64,000 bases of DNA from Candidatus Curtissbacteria bacterium RIFCSPLOWO2_02_41_11 (GTDB lineage Bacteria > Patescibacteriota > Microgenomatia > Curtissbacterales > GWA2-41-24): positions 3,278 through 67,277 of the forward strand of contig MFBU01000022.1 in NCBI GenBank assembly GCA_001775055.1, in the 5' to 3' direction. The notes beneath the pieces were generated by a model. It was not told the DNA's origin. It did not search any database and worked only from the letters and a program-made list of their open reading frames with translations. This document shows positions 56,001-63,779 of this stretch, piece after piece (positions within the stretch are counted from its first letter, which is position 1; each line of letters begins with the position of its first letter). Both the position numbers and the translations under genes were made by a program.

Positions 56001-56091
56001 TAATCAGAATTATTATTATTGGCCAATTTGATTTTAAGAACTTTCTTATTTGCACTGCCTGATTATATCTTAAGGAAGTAAGGGCATCCAA
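53056..56091 (-). CDS. Giant (1011 aa) membrane protein: N-terminal GT-C-like polytopic domain plus a ~600-aa extracytoplasmic C-terminal domain of unknown function
   Basis: There are about 13 TM helices in the first 400 aa, with 'FGGDQGYDLENI' after TM1. The hydrophilic C-terminal region has no recognisable catalytic motif. Confidence 0.4.
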   Translation of the reverse strand: MDALTSLRYNQAVQIRKFLKSNWPIIIILIIAAILRFWRLEALTTFGGDQGYDLENIRPILKGNLTLLGPRIGPYNGLSTLYLGPFYYYLLAPFIWLTKLDPIGASYATVLARLVTIFLIYLVTKKIFSVNAAIISGVIATLSPYWVNYLGFPSNPYFILPITSLIIFLLTVKKKNSPIIFAIFGLLTGFAFHLHYLGLIILPAFLIYLLNNRELLKMRYILSLLLGIAFAISPIILFESRNDFFLTSQFLKQLNTTPFNLTIVNFIEKLILSVRFMSIDTIGFSSLILIFSVMFILIIFKIMKQASAEQKIIINFLVSILVINVVFASLYSGQLMPHYLAVSYPSIFILAGVVIYFTKKINKAFPLLILIIISIFLFQKNDFFSSSGYTMPEDLTLKEIRNISQIIASDIQNESFNITSTLDGDSRAMTYRYLTSIYGKKPEGIEHYDYPQNLYVITRDPARVVRQNSLFEIASFQPSFVKGIWNMNGDIKLIRLSKQKPEEPRLPKFITIVNPVRPRYLWNNQSAKVISSQLKQITDRNLNATWLLSYESLFDQELLGLLNGQKDQEIGAFLEVSEKWATDARVLYKVAIGDYYRPDKLFLSGYTPQDRQKLIKTYFDKFHTIFGKDPQSVGGWYIDANSQVYLSKLGVKSALTVADQYDTDAASVWGKYWGMPFYPSKLNTLEPAINQSNKIPIVNIQWAQRDPVLGYGKEIKDSRQSFQANDYISNGYNTNYFVTLLDDYLANSKNNDFIQITIGLEAGQEAQRFSEEFAKQLDILEAMQKSEGLAIVTMSNFANWYREKYPGISPAHLLKKSENFWYMSPKFRVAVFKEDSSYFLKDLRYYSQMPFKDFFYADENQYLNRKVPAIIDNLMLANQINLGSVKKLEILEKFDRLILILDNREVQISTSSITTNGQDIVKPSAQENNLNKKKLTLLTFYNKAVSPVKSVLKIIKYSRIDSMPVFGLSIPGSKLLGFKSYTPGIFSFEFQSFSKFLSPFDLFEGWQPWIN

Positions 56092-56117
56092 TAATTGCTG
56101 GAGCCAATTTAAACTGA

Positions 56118-57023
56118 TTAGCTGATTTTTCGGCGGAGTTTATAGTAGAGTTTTTTGGCTGGGTTTGCTTCAATCAATGTCTGGTAAATCCAATATCTAA
56201 TATCCCTAGTCACGTTTGAAAATTCCTTTACAACCTCGGAGAGAAAATTATCTGGGGTTAAATCGGCAAATTTTTCTTTTCTCTCCCAGACTTTGGCAAA
56301 AAATACCAGTGAATAAAAAGCTTGAAACATGGAAAGAATCAGGCCGTGGATTCCATCTTTATAGCCTTTCTCAAAGAAAAATGTTTTGACAAAATCATTC
56401 GTTGGCCAACGGATAGCATCATGCCAAACAATTTGTTGACCGCTTTTGAGGAAATTTTCAGTTTCTGATTCCGTGTAGGTTTTGTCGAGCTTTTGGATAA
56501 ACTGAGAGACAGTCTGATAATTATAGTGGATTAGAGGATTCGTCAATTTACCAACATCTCCAGTCACAACAAGCTTTTCATGCACATGCTTTTCGGGAAA
56601 TTTTCCTTTCCCGCGCCTGAAAAGTCGTAAATTATAATCCGGCCACCAGATAGAATGTCTAATCCATTTGCCAAAAATTATATTTTTTCGGGGAATTTCA
56701 TATCCTGAGAACTGATTGACGCTGATTTTAGATCGGATTTCGCGGATTAATTCTTTCGTGAGTCTTTCATCAGCGTCAAGGGAAATTATCCAGTCGCCTG
56801 TTGCCTTGCCAAATCCAAAATTTTTATTTTTATTAAGCATCACCGGGTCATTTGGTCTTATAAAAATTTTGTTTGTGTATTTTTTGGCAATTTCTACCGT
56901 TCTATCCTCCGAAGTGTTGTCCACGAAAATTATTTCATCAGCAACAAGTCTTGCAGATTTTAAACAATCCTCAATTAACTGTTGCTCATTATATGCGGAG
57001 ATAACAACACTAATTTTTTTCAT
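56118..57023 (-). CDS. GT2-family glycosyltransferase (WaaE/KdtX-like), paralog
   Basis: The motifs 'ISVVISAYNEQQLIEDCLKSARLVADEIIFVDNTSEDRT' and 'IWWPDYNLRLFRRGKG' are present. Confidence 0.65.
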   Translation of the reverse strand: MKKISVVISAYNEQQLIEDCLKSARLVADEIIFVDNTSEDRTVEIAKKYTNKIFIRPNDPVMLNKNKNFGFGKATGDWIISLDADERLTKELIREIRSKISVNQFSGYEIPRKNIIFGKWIRHSIWWPDYNLRLFRRGKGKFPEKHVHEKLVVTGDVGKLTNPLIHYNYQTVSQFIQKLDKTYTESETENFLKSGQQIVWHDAIRWPTNDFVKTFFFEKGYKDGIHGLILSMFQAFYSLVFFAKVWERKEKFADLTPDNFLSEVVKEFSNVTRDIRYWIYQTLIEANPAKKLYYKLRRKIS

Positions 57024-58492
57024 GATTTGGAAAGCAAAGAGCCAATGATCATTTTAGCATCTTCCACCAGATGCTTTTTAAAAATAGCGAGTGAAAGCAC
57101 AAAATAAACTATTGCCCCAAAAAGGATAATTAAAATTAGACTAGGTATACCTTGCACAAAATTTTGCTGAATTGTTCTTATTAAGAGAAACATAACTATT
57201 GATGTTAAAAGCGGGCCAAAAATACTCCTTCCGACAGAAATTGGAATTTCCTTTTTAACAATATAGATCGTAATAAGTGATGTTGATGCAACAATAGCAG
57301 ATGCAATACCTACACCGACAAAACCAAAATTTAAAACTAGAGGAATCGTCAAAATCCATGTCGAAGCTGTCCAGAAAAGCATCAAATTTAAAACTATTTT
57401 GGAACGGCCAGTAGCAAAAAGTGCATTAGTAAAAGTTGTCGATATTGACGAAAAAATACTGTTAACTGCAAACAGGTACAGCAAAGGCAAAGCTGGCTCC
57501 CATTTTTGATATTTGGGAATTACCTCGATAAGTTTTGGAGCAATAGCAGTTATCCCAAAGACAGAAGGATAAACAAGATATGTAACAAAAAATAGAGATT
57601 TTTCGATGGCTTTGCCCAACTCTTGTTTATGTTCTTGGAGTCTTGAGTAAGCAGGGAAAGTAACTTTGTTAACACTATCCATAAAAAATCTAAGCGGTAA
57701 AAAGGCGAATTTTTGAGACCAACCGATGTAACCGATTTGACCGAAGGTAAGAATCTTGCCTAGAACAACAACCAGAAGATCATCTTTCAAAAGGGCAATA
57801 ATGCTATTTAACTGAAATGGTATTCCGAAGGATGTAAGTTTTTTGGCAATGTTTTTATCGAAACTAAAAGATGGTTTCCACGGGGCAAGAATATAAATGA
57901 GCATTAGACCGGCAATACCCCTAGCCAGCACAGCCCAGGTAAAACTTGTTATCCCAAATCCTAAAATAGCCAAGACAACAGCTGTTGTATAAAAAACAAT
58001 GTTTTCGGCAACTTGAGGAATAACAAGCTTTGTAAAATTTAATCCTCTCTCAAGAATAATGGAAGGGATTGTTTTTAAAGAAGAAAGCAAGAGAGAAAAA
58101 ATCAAGATCCTAACCAACCATAAACCTTGATTGTCAAGATTGTAAAAATCGGTTATGGTTTTTGAAAAAATCAACCCTAATAAAACAAGAATCGCAACAA
58201 TAGTTTGCTGGATTGTAAAGGTGGTAGACAAGTCTTTTTGGTTTAACTCTTCTTTTTTTTGAATAAGAGCGGCGGCAAGTCCAATGTCAGAAAAATAAAC
58301 GAAAATGTTAATTAAGGCTGAAACAAAAACGTAAATTCCATAAGTAGGCTCATCCAGTATAATTGTAAGAACAAAAACTGCTATGTAAGAGAAAATCTGA
58401 ATAAAGAAAGTTCTAAGAGTAAAAGTCACAACTCCCGATATTGCCTTCTTCTTGATTAACTCTAAGTCTAGTGAATATCGCGGATTTTCCAT
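57020..58492 (-). CDS. Wzx/PST-family (MOP superfamily) polysaccharide flippase
   Basis: The protein is 490 aa with about 12-14 TM helices. Its N-terminus 'KKKAISGVVTFTLRTFFIQIFSYIAVFVLTIIL' is typical of O-unit flippases. Confidence 0.6.
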   Translation of the reverse strand: MENPRYSLDLELIKKKAISGVVTFTLRTFFIQIFSYIAVFVLTIILDEPTYGIYVFVSALINIFVYFSDIGLAAALIQKKEELNQKDLSTTFTIQQTIVAILVLLGLIFSKTITDFYNLDNQGLWLVRILIFSLLLSSLKTIPSIILERGLNFTKLVIPQVAENIVFYTTAVVLAILGFGITSFTWAVLARGIAGLMLIYILAPWKPSFSFDKNIAKKLTSFGIPFQLNSIIALLKDDLLVVVLGKILTFGQIGYIGWSQKFAFLPLRFFMDSVNKVTFPAYSRLQEHKQELGKAIEKSLFFVTYLVYPSVFGITAIAPKLIEVIPKYQKWEPALPLLYLFAVNSIFSSISTTFTNALFATGRSKIVLNLMLFWTASTWILTIPLVLNFGFVGVGIASAIVASTSLITIYIVKKEIPISVGRSIFGPLLTSIVMFLLIRTIQQNFVQGIPSLILIILFGAIVYFVLSLAIFKKHLVEDAKMIIGSLLSKS

Positions 58493-60330
58493 TGTCTGAT
58501 TATAAAGAAAAATAAAATTAGTAAAGATGTTAGACTTATTATATTGCCGGTAAACCTGTCGAAGGTATCTTTAAATTGTATTTCAACTCTATGAACTCCT
58601 TCGGGGATATTTAAGGTAATTAATTTAAGACGGTTATTGTCAGCTATTGTAAATTTTTTACCATCCACTTTAGCATTCCAGCCCGGAAAGTTAAAAACAT
58701 TAACCCTAACCTGTAATGGATCTTTAGCGTTAACAATAAAGTTGATCTTGGAAGGTGTCGAATTTAAACTGTTGATTTGAGCCAAACCGGATAATATTTG
58801 CACCTCCTCGGTCGGTATCTCTGACTTTTTGATATTCACGACATTGGTGCCTAACTCGCTTTTTTTTAGTTCAACTCCTTTCGGAATATATTCAAAGGAA
58901 GATTGAGAAATATCCCAGTTAATAATCTCTTCTGAAGTAGCAATTTCATCTGTTAAATCTGGGCGATATGTCTGTGGTTTAAAAAGTTTAAAGTTCGGGA
59001 TAGCAAGAAGGACTACAAGAATTAACGAAGCTATCAGTCTTAATATCGGCAATCTCAAAAGATAGACAAGTGCACCTGCTAGGATTGATGAGAAGAGTGA
59101 TGTGAATATTAGAAAACGCCAAGGGAATTGGGTATAGGCAAGAGGCGGTATCAAATCCCAAATCGGCTTTGAGTAAAAAGTGGTCATAAAGGCACTGAAT
59201 AGAAAAAGGACAAAGAAGACAATTGACAATTGACCCGCCTTCGCTAAAGCTTCGGCGGGCGAGCCATTGGCTCCTGAGAGTTTGAGTCTAATTAAATGAG
59301 CAATTGCCAGAACCGATGCTGCAATTGATGTGAAAACGTGCAGTTTGCCGATTTTGAAGGAAATCCCGTCGGTAAGACCAGCAGCAGAACCGCCAAAACC
59401 CCAAGGCCAGTTCCAAAGTTGTTGTGGGTAAATAAAGTGAATGTTGTAATTTGCGAGATTAACTAAAAGTAACTGATCAACAATAGTGTATTTTTTTTCA
59501 AGAAGGGCTGGTAGCCAAAAGAATGCGGAAAGTCCGAAAGAATAAACAATTGACGATAAACAATTGACGATAAACAATTTCTTATTTTCTGCTTTCCAAA
59601 TCAGAAATAGTAAATAAACTGGCAAGATGAGCATAAAGGGAAGAAATATCAGATTATGGGTAACCATCAGAAGTGCTAAAAAAATTGCTGATATGTAAAT
59701 GTAGAAAGCTTTTTCTGTCCTCTTTAGCCTATACAGTGACCAAAGGATTAGTGGTAACCAGACAAAAGAAAATGACTCACTCAATGCCCCTCTGACATAA
59801 ATGTCTAGGGCCCTGTAAGGTACTAAAAGATAAAAAACACTAGCTACAACCGCTGAATATTTATCCCAAAATTCCTTTGCTAGTATGTACATTGCGAAAC
59901 CTGAAGCAATAATTGATGCAAAAAAAACTAGTTTGATGGAATTTATGAAACCAGAACCTATTAGATGGAATAGTTCTCCAAGCATATAAACAAAAGGCGG
60001 ATAGAAAACAAACAATGGATAACCAAATCCGAATCCTAAACCATCAACCCAGCGGACAGGAAATTGACCTGATTTTAAAGCCTCGTCAAACAAAAAAAGC
60101 CTGGCTATTTGTTGGTCGTCATGAATGACATAAAGTCCAGGTTTTAAAAGAGGCAAAGAGATGACTATTGAAGCAAGAAGAATAACTAAGATTGCAACAA
60201 AATTTTTAATCATTGGGAATATAAATGTAAACTTGCTTATTAAATCCTTTCCTGAAATCAACAAGTAATTCACCCTTATTATAGTAGATAGAAAGCGTTG
60301 GATCATGGTAGATTGCCCAAATGGCAGCAT
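58468..60330 (-). CDS. Large polytopic membrane protein, GT-C-like (same class as 41483-43234). The real start is probably the internal Met at ~60213.
   Basis: The 'YVIHDDQQIARLFLFDEAL' HD motif follows TM1. There are about 13 TM helices plus a C-terminal extracytoplasmic domain and a final TM helix. The gene carries three in-frame repeat elements. Confidence 0.4.
   Translation of the reverse strand: MLPFGQSTMIQRFLSTIIRVNYLLISGKDLISKFTFIFPMIKNFVAILVILLASIVISLPLLKPGLYVIHDDQQIARLFLFDEALKSGQFPVRWVDGLGFGFGYPLFVFYPPFVYMLGELFHLIGSGFINSIKLVFFASIIASGFAMYILAKEFWDKYSAVVASVFYLLVPYRALDIYVRGALSESFSFVWLPLILWSLYRLKRTEKAFYIYISAIFLALLMVTHNLIFLPFMLILPVYLLFLIWKAENKKLFIVNCLSSIVYSFGLSAFFWLPALLEKKYTIVDQLLLVNLANYNIHFIYPQQLWNWPWGFGGSAAGLTDGISFKIGKLHVFTSIAASVLAIAHLIRLKLSGANGSPAEALAKAGQLSIVFFVLFLFSAFMTTFYSKPIWDLIPPLAYTQFPWRFLIFTSLFSSILAGALVYLLRLPILRLIASLILVVLLAIPNFKLFKPQTYRPDLTDEIATSEEIINWDISQSSFEYIPKGVELKKSELGTNVVNIKKSEIPTEEVQILSGLAQINSLNSTPSKINFIVNAKDPLQVRVNVFNFPGWNAKVDGKKFTIADNNRLKLITLNIPEGVHRVEIQFKDTFDRFTGNIISLTSLLILFFFIIRQWKIRDIH
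59217..59259. repeat. Heptamer tandem (GACAATT x2 plus GACCC) fused to a GC-rich CCCGCC-N15-GGCGGG palindrome, in-frame
   Basis: 'agacaattgacaattgacccgccttcgctaaagcttcggcgggcgagcc' is seen directly. It is related to 27695, 32255 and 39311. Confidence 0.5.
59544..59579. repeat. Tandem 14-nt repeat (AAACAATTGACGAT x2.6), in-frame
   Basis: 'aaacaattgacgataaacaattgacgataaacaatt' is seen directly. It shares the CAATTGAC core with the 59217 heptamers. Confidence 0.45.
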
Positions 60331-61639
60331 CGCCAGAAAGCGTTTGTCTCTCCCAACGGCTATTAAGCGGATATAAAATTACTGAGTCTGAAGGCAAAGT
60401 TGGAAAGCTTCTTTTGAGATTGGTACTTGCTTCACGGGCAGTTTTCTGAGCTTCTATCATCCATGAATTTATTTTGTAAAAAGAGAGAGTTGTATAAGAA
60501 GTAAATATCCATATCAATAAAATGGGGATAACCATGAAACTGTTCCTACTTAGGATGACGAGATATGCAATCAAGAAATAGATACCCATAGAAGAAAGCG
60601 TTAAATACATTGTGAAGGTATGGTTTGGCAAAATTAAAACAGGGGAAATTCCAGCAACAAACCAGAAGAGAGCAAATGTTAATAAACGAATATTTAAATG
60701 TAATCTTTGCTTAAGAAGGTAAAATATTGGGAGCCCAATTCCAAGAGCCACAATCCATATTGCGCCTATAAAATTCTTTACGACTAAAGGCCAAAATTCA
60801 AGTAGAAACTTACTATTAAAAACGATCAGATTGTTTACTACTTGTTTTTTAAACTCTTCGGGAATATTAAAAGTCCAGAGAAAATACCAAAGCAGAGCCT
60901 TAATCAACTCTTGATTAAATGAAAGTTGATATTCAGTAATCTGCGGGATTTTAATAAAGAATAATCTTAAAATGATGTATATGAATGAGACTAAGATAAA
61001 AGGGGCAAGGATTTTAAGGGATTTCATGAGAGAATTTCCAAGAACTAAAAAATAATAAAATCCGAAAATAACCGGCCAAGTTACTGAAAATTCGAACGAG
61101 CCAATTGTAATTAGAAAAACAATTAAAGATAAAGCATAAAAAATTATTCTTTTTCTTTCAAGAAATTTTAGAAAAAGCAAAGAAGTCAAAAGCCAAAAAA
61201 AGGTCCCCGTTATATTGTAGGCAGCAGCTATCCAAGTTATTGCCATAAAGTGGATAGATGATGTAAGCCAAAAAAAAGCACTAAGAAAGCCTATCCAAAT
61301 ATTGCCTGTAATTTTCTTTACAAGAACAATTAGTAAAATTGCACTTGAAAATAAAAGAGCAAATGTTAACACCCTAAAACCGCTAGGATCAAATCCGAAT
61401 ATTTTTAAAGATAAGAAAAAATAATTCTGCAGACTTATTGGTCTATAAGCAATAATGTCATCTCTGAATTTAAAGAACTCTAAATACTGACCCAAGTTTT
61501 GAGCCTTTGAAATATTAATCTCGAAAAAATCATCTTGAAAAAAATAATAATTTAAACTCGAATGATAAAGAGCAAAAGAAATAAAAAATATTATTAAAAT
61601 CAGAATTGCAAAAGTCTTACTCGATAATCTTTCAATCAT
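60206..61639 (-). CDS. Polytopic membrane protein with DD motif after TM1 (GT-C-like, unassigned family); tandem paralog A
   Basis: The motif 'YYFFQDDFFEIN...FKFRDDIIAYRP' is present, with about 12 TM helices and a short C-terminal soluble tail. Confidence 0.35.
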   Translation of the reverse strand: MIERLSSKTFAILILIIFFISFALYHSSLNYYFFQDDFFEINISKAQNLGQYLEFFKFRDDIIAYRPISLQNYFFLSLKIFGFDPSGFRVLTFALLFSSAILLIVLVKKITGNIWIGFLSAFFWLTSSIHFMAITWIAAAYNITGTFFWLLTSLLFLKFLERKRIIFYALSLIVFLITIGSFEFSVTWPVIFGFYYFLVLGNSLMKSLKILAPFILVSFIYIILRLFFIKIPQITEYQLSFNQELIKALLWYFLWTFNIPEEFKKQVVNNLIVFNSKFLLEFWPLVVKNFIGAIWIVALGIGLPIFYLLKQRLHLNIRLLTFALFWFVAGISPVLILPNHTFTMYLTLSSMGIYFLIAYLVILSRNSFMVIPILLIWIFTSYTTLSFYKINSWMIEAQKTAREASTNLKRSFPTLPSDSVILYPLNSRWERQTLSGDAAIWAIYHDPTLSIYYNKGELLVDFRKGFNKQVYIYIPND

Positions 61640-63056
61640 TTATCCTTGGGTTAATTTCAAAAATTTCAATACTTGATGGAAAAGTAAGCTCTCTTTGATG
61701 GGTTGTATAAATACTTTTTAAACTCGAATCATTATAAATAACTTGTATTGCATCTTGATCATTTAAAGATTGTTTGACATTTTCTTCTGTTTCAATCAAT
61801 GTAAAGCCATGCTTTTGGGAAAAGTCGATATCTGCAGGCTTTAGCACAAATAAAGAATCTGCAGCAGGCTTTTCAACTTTATTCACAATATAGCCTAGAT
61901 AAGCCTTGGAAATAGCCTGTTCGTTAACTGTCCAGTGAGTTTCTTTAGTAAAAGATAAGGTAAGATATGATGAAATAATCCAGATTGTAGAGAACATTAA
62001 CAAAAGTAAATTATTTTTTATTTGCAATTTTTCAAGACTTAAAGCGAAAAGATAAAACAGACCAATTGCTCCTACTGTCAAGTACATAGGGAATGCGTGC
62101 TTTGGTAACAAGAGTACTGGTGAGATGCCAAGAATAAACCATTCCACCCCTTTTATTATTTTTTTAAAATTAAGTTCCGACAAAAATACAGTAAATAGGA
62201 ATGTGATGATTAAGATTATCGGTAAGATCAAATACCTAATAAACTGAAGGCTTGCAATTATCGAAGATTTAGGTTTTGAAAAAAAGAAAATTGTAGACAT
62301 TTTTTCCGGGATGTTAAATGTCCAGACAAAATACCAAAATAGATTTGTTAAAATCCGAGGCCCAAAACCTATCTCATATTGATCTGTTCTTGGAAGAGGA
62401 AAAATAAAAAATCTTGCTATCAAATAAAAAATCGAGATAATTAAACAAGGCAATAATTTTTTTAATGTTGGCTTATTAATACCTTTTAAAATTAATAGAA
62501 TTGGAATAGCTATAAGAGTAAATTCCGATGCAGCAAGTGCAAAAAGGAAAAATGTAAAGGAAAAAATAATTTTTTGGGTTAAAAAAAGAATAAGAGTAGA
62601 AAGAATGAATGTAGGACCGATAACATAAGAAGTCGTTGAAAGCCAAGATAGAGGAACAAAATGGAAAGCAGCAGTTCCATATAAAAATGAGGACATTAAT
62701 GAAATTTTTTTACTAACTTTGAGTGTCCGAAAAAGGATATAGACGAGAATGATATTCAAAAAATGAAAAAAGAAGACAATCAGATGATATCCAAATGGTT
62801 TTAGATCAAAAAATACTTGGCCAATTTTAAAAAAAATCGGCATTGTAAGCGGCCGCCAGTAAATGATATCAGTGCGAAACTTAAAGAATGACCAAAAATC
62901 GTCAGTTCTAACCCAATTTAAAACAAACCAGTCGTCTTGAAAGAAATAATAACTAAGGCTTGGATAGTACAAATAAAAGCTTGCAGCAAAAATTCCCAAA
63001 AAGGCTAGAGGTATCTGGTATTTGCTAATTGTTTTTTTCAGTTTTGGGATACCCAT
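61632..63056 (-). CDS. Polytopic membrane protein with DD motif after TM1 (GT-C-like); tandem paralog B
   Basis: The motif 'SYYFFQDDWFVLN...FKFRTDIIYWRP' is present. The conserved blocks 'YFVWTFNIPE' and 'ISPVLLLP' are shared with paralog A. Confidence 0.35.
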   Translation of the reverse strand: MGIPKLKKTISKYQIPLAFLGIFAASFYLYYPSLSYYFFQDDWFVLNWVRTDDFWSFFKFRTDIIYWRPLTMPIFFKIGQVFFDLKPFGYHLIVFFFHFLNIILVYILFRTLKVSKKISLMSSFLYGTAAFHFVPLSWLSTTSYVIGPTFILSTLILFLTQKIIFSFTFFLFALAASEFTLIAIPILLILKGINKPTLKKLLPCLIISIFYLIARFFIFPLPRTDQYEIGFGPRILTNLFWYFVWTFNIPEKMSTIFFFSKPKSSIIASLQFIRYLILPIILIITFLFTVFLSELNFKKIIKGVEWFILGISPVLLLPKHAFPMYLTVGAIGLFYLFALSLEKLQIKNNLLLLMFSTIWIISSYLTLSFTKETHWTVNEQAISKAYLGYIVNKVEKPAADSLFVLKPADIDFSQKHGFTLIETEENVKQSLNDQDAIQVIYNDSSLKSIYTTHQRELTFPSSIEIFEINPRIND

Positions 63057-63747
63057 GAAGTTTTTTATTTATAGCCCAAAGATACCACTTGAGATATTTG
63101 GGGAGCCATTTTTTAAGATAGAAACGGGACTCTTTAGCACTGTATGTCCAAGTAGTTGGCACTTCGGTGACTCTGTAACCATCAAAATGGGCCTTAACTG
63201 TCAGCTCAAGCGCCAATTCAAAACCCCCATCAGATTCGATTTTGACATTTCGCAAAAATTTTCTTGAGTAAAGTCGAAATGAATTGGTTGCATCGTGAGT
63301 CGATAGTCCCACTAGGAAATGGAGACTGATACCGGCAACTCGAGATAAAACTTGTTTGACAAGCGGACCTCCAATTTGTTGACCGCCTCTCATGTAGCGC
63401 GAAGCAGCAATTACGTCATAACCTTGATCAAACTTGTCCATCATTTTATCTAAGACCTTTGGATCGTCCGTTAAATCAGCCATCATTACACAAACCGATT
63501 CACCTTTTGCCAGTTTCAGGCCGGTCTTGAGGGCGTTTAATGCACCTTTGCCAAAAATATTTTTGACCAGTCTAACACTTGGGTATTTTTTCTGGAGTTT
63601 TTCAACAACTGGAACGGTTGTATCCTCATCCATATCATAGATAATTAAAAGTTCATGGGGTATTTTGACTTGCGACTCGACTTGGCGGATCGTTTGGCCG
63701 ATTATCTTGCCCTCGTTGTAAACAGGCATGACAATAGAAAGCTGCAT
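63025..63747 (-). CDS. Polyprenyl-phosphate sugar synthase-like GT2 (DPM1-like, soluble)
   Basis: The motif 'LSIVMPVYNEGKIIGQTIRQVESQ...LLIIYDMDEDTT' is present. Confidence 0.65.
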   Translation of the reverse strand: MQLSIVMPVYNEGKIIGQTIRQVESQVKIPHELLIIYDMDEDTTVPVVEKLQKKYPSVRLVKNIFGKGALNALKTGLKLAKGESVCVMMADLTDDPKVLDKMMDKFDQGYDVIAASRYMRGGQQIGGPLVKQVLSRVAGISLHFLVGLSTHDATNSFRLYSRKFLRNVKIESDGGFELALELTVKAHFDGYRVTEVPTTWTYSAKESRFYLKKWLPKYLKWYLWAINKKLHGYPKTEKNN

Positions 63748-63779
63748 GTCTTAGATTTTAACTTTTAAGAGGATTGAGG

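Noticed and set aside
60206-60330. 125-nt overlap between two co-directional membrane-protein genes as a programmed frameshift or fusion
   Set aside because: An internal Met near 60213 gives a conventional 8-nt overlap. The long overlap is most simply an ORF-caller artefact from an upstream in-frame ATG.
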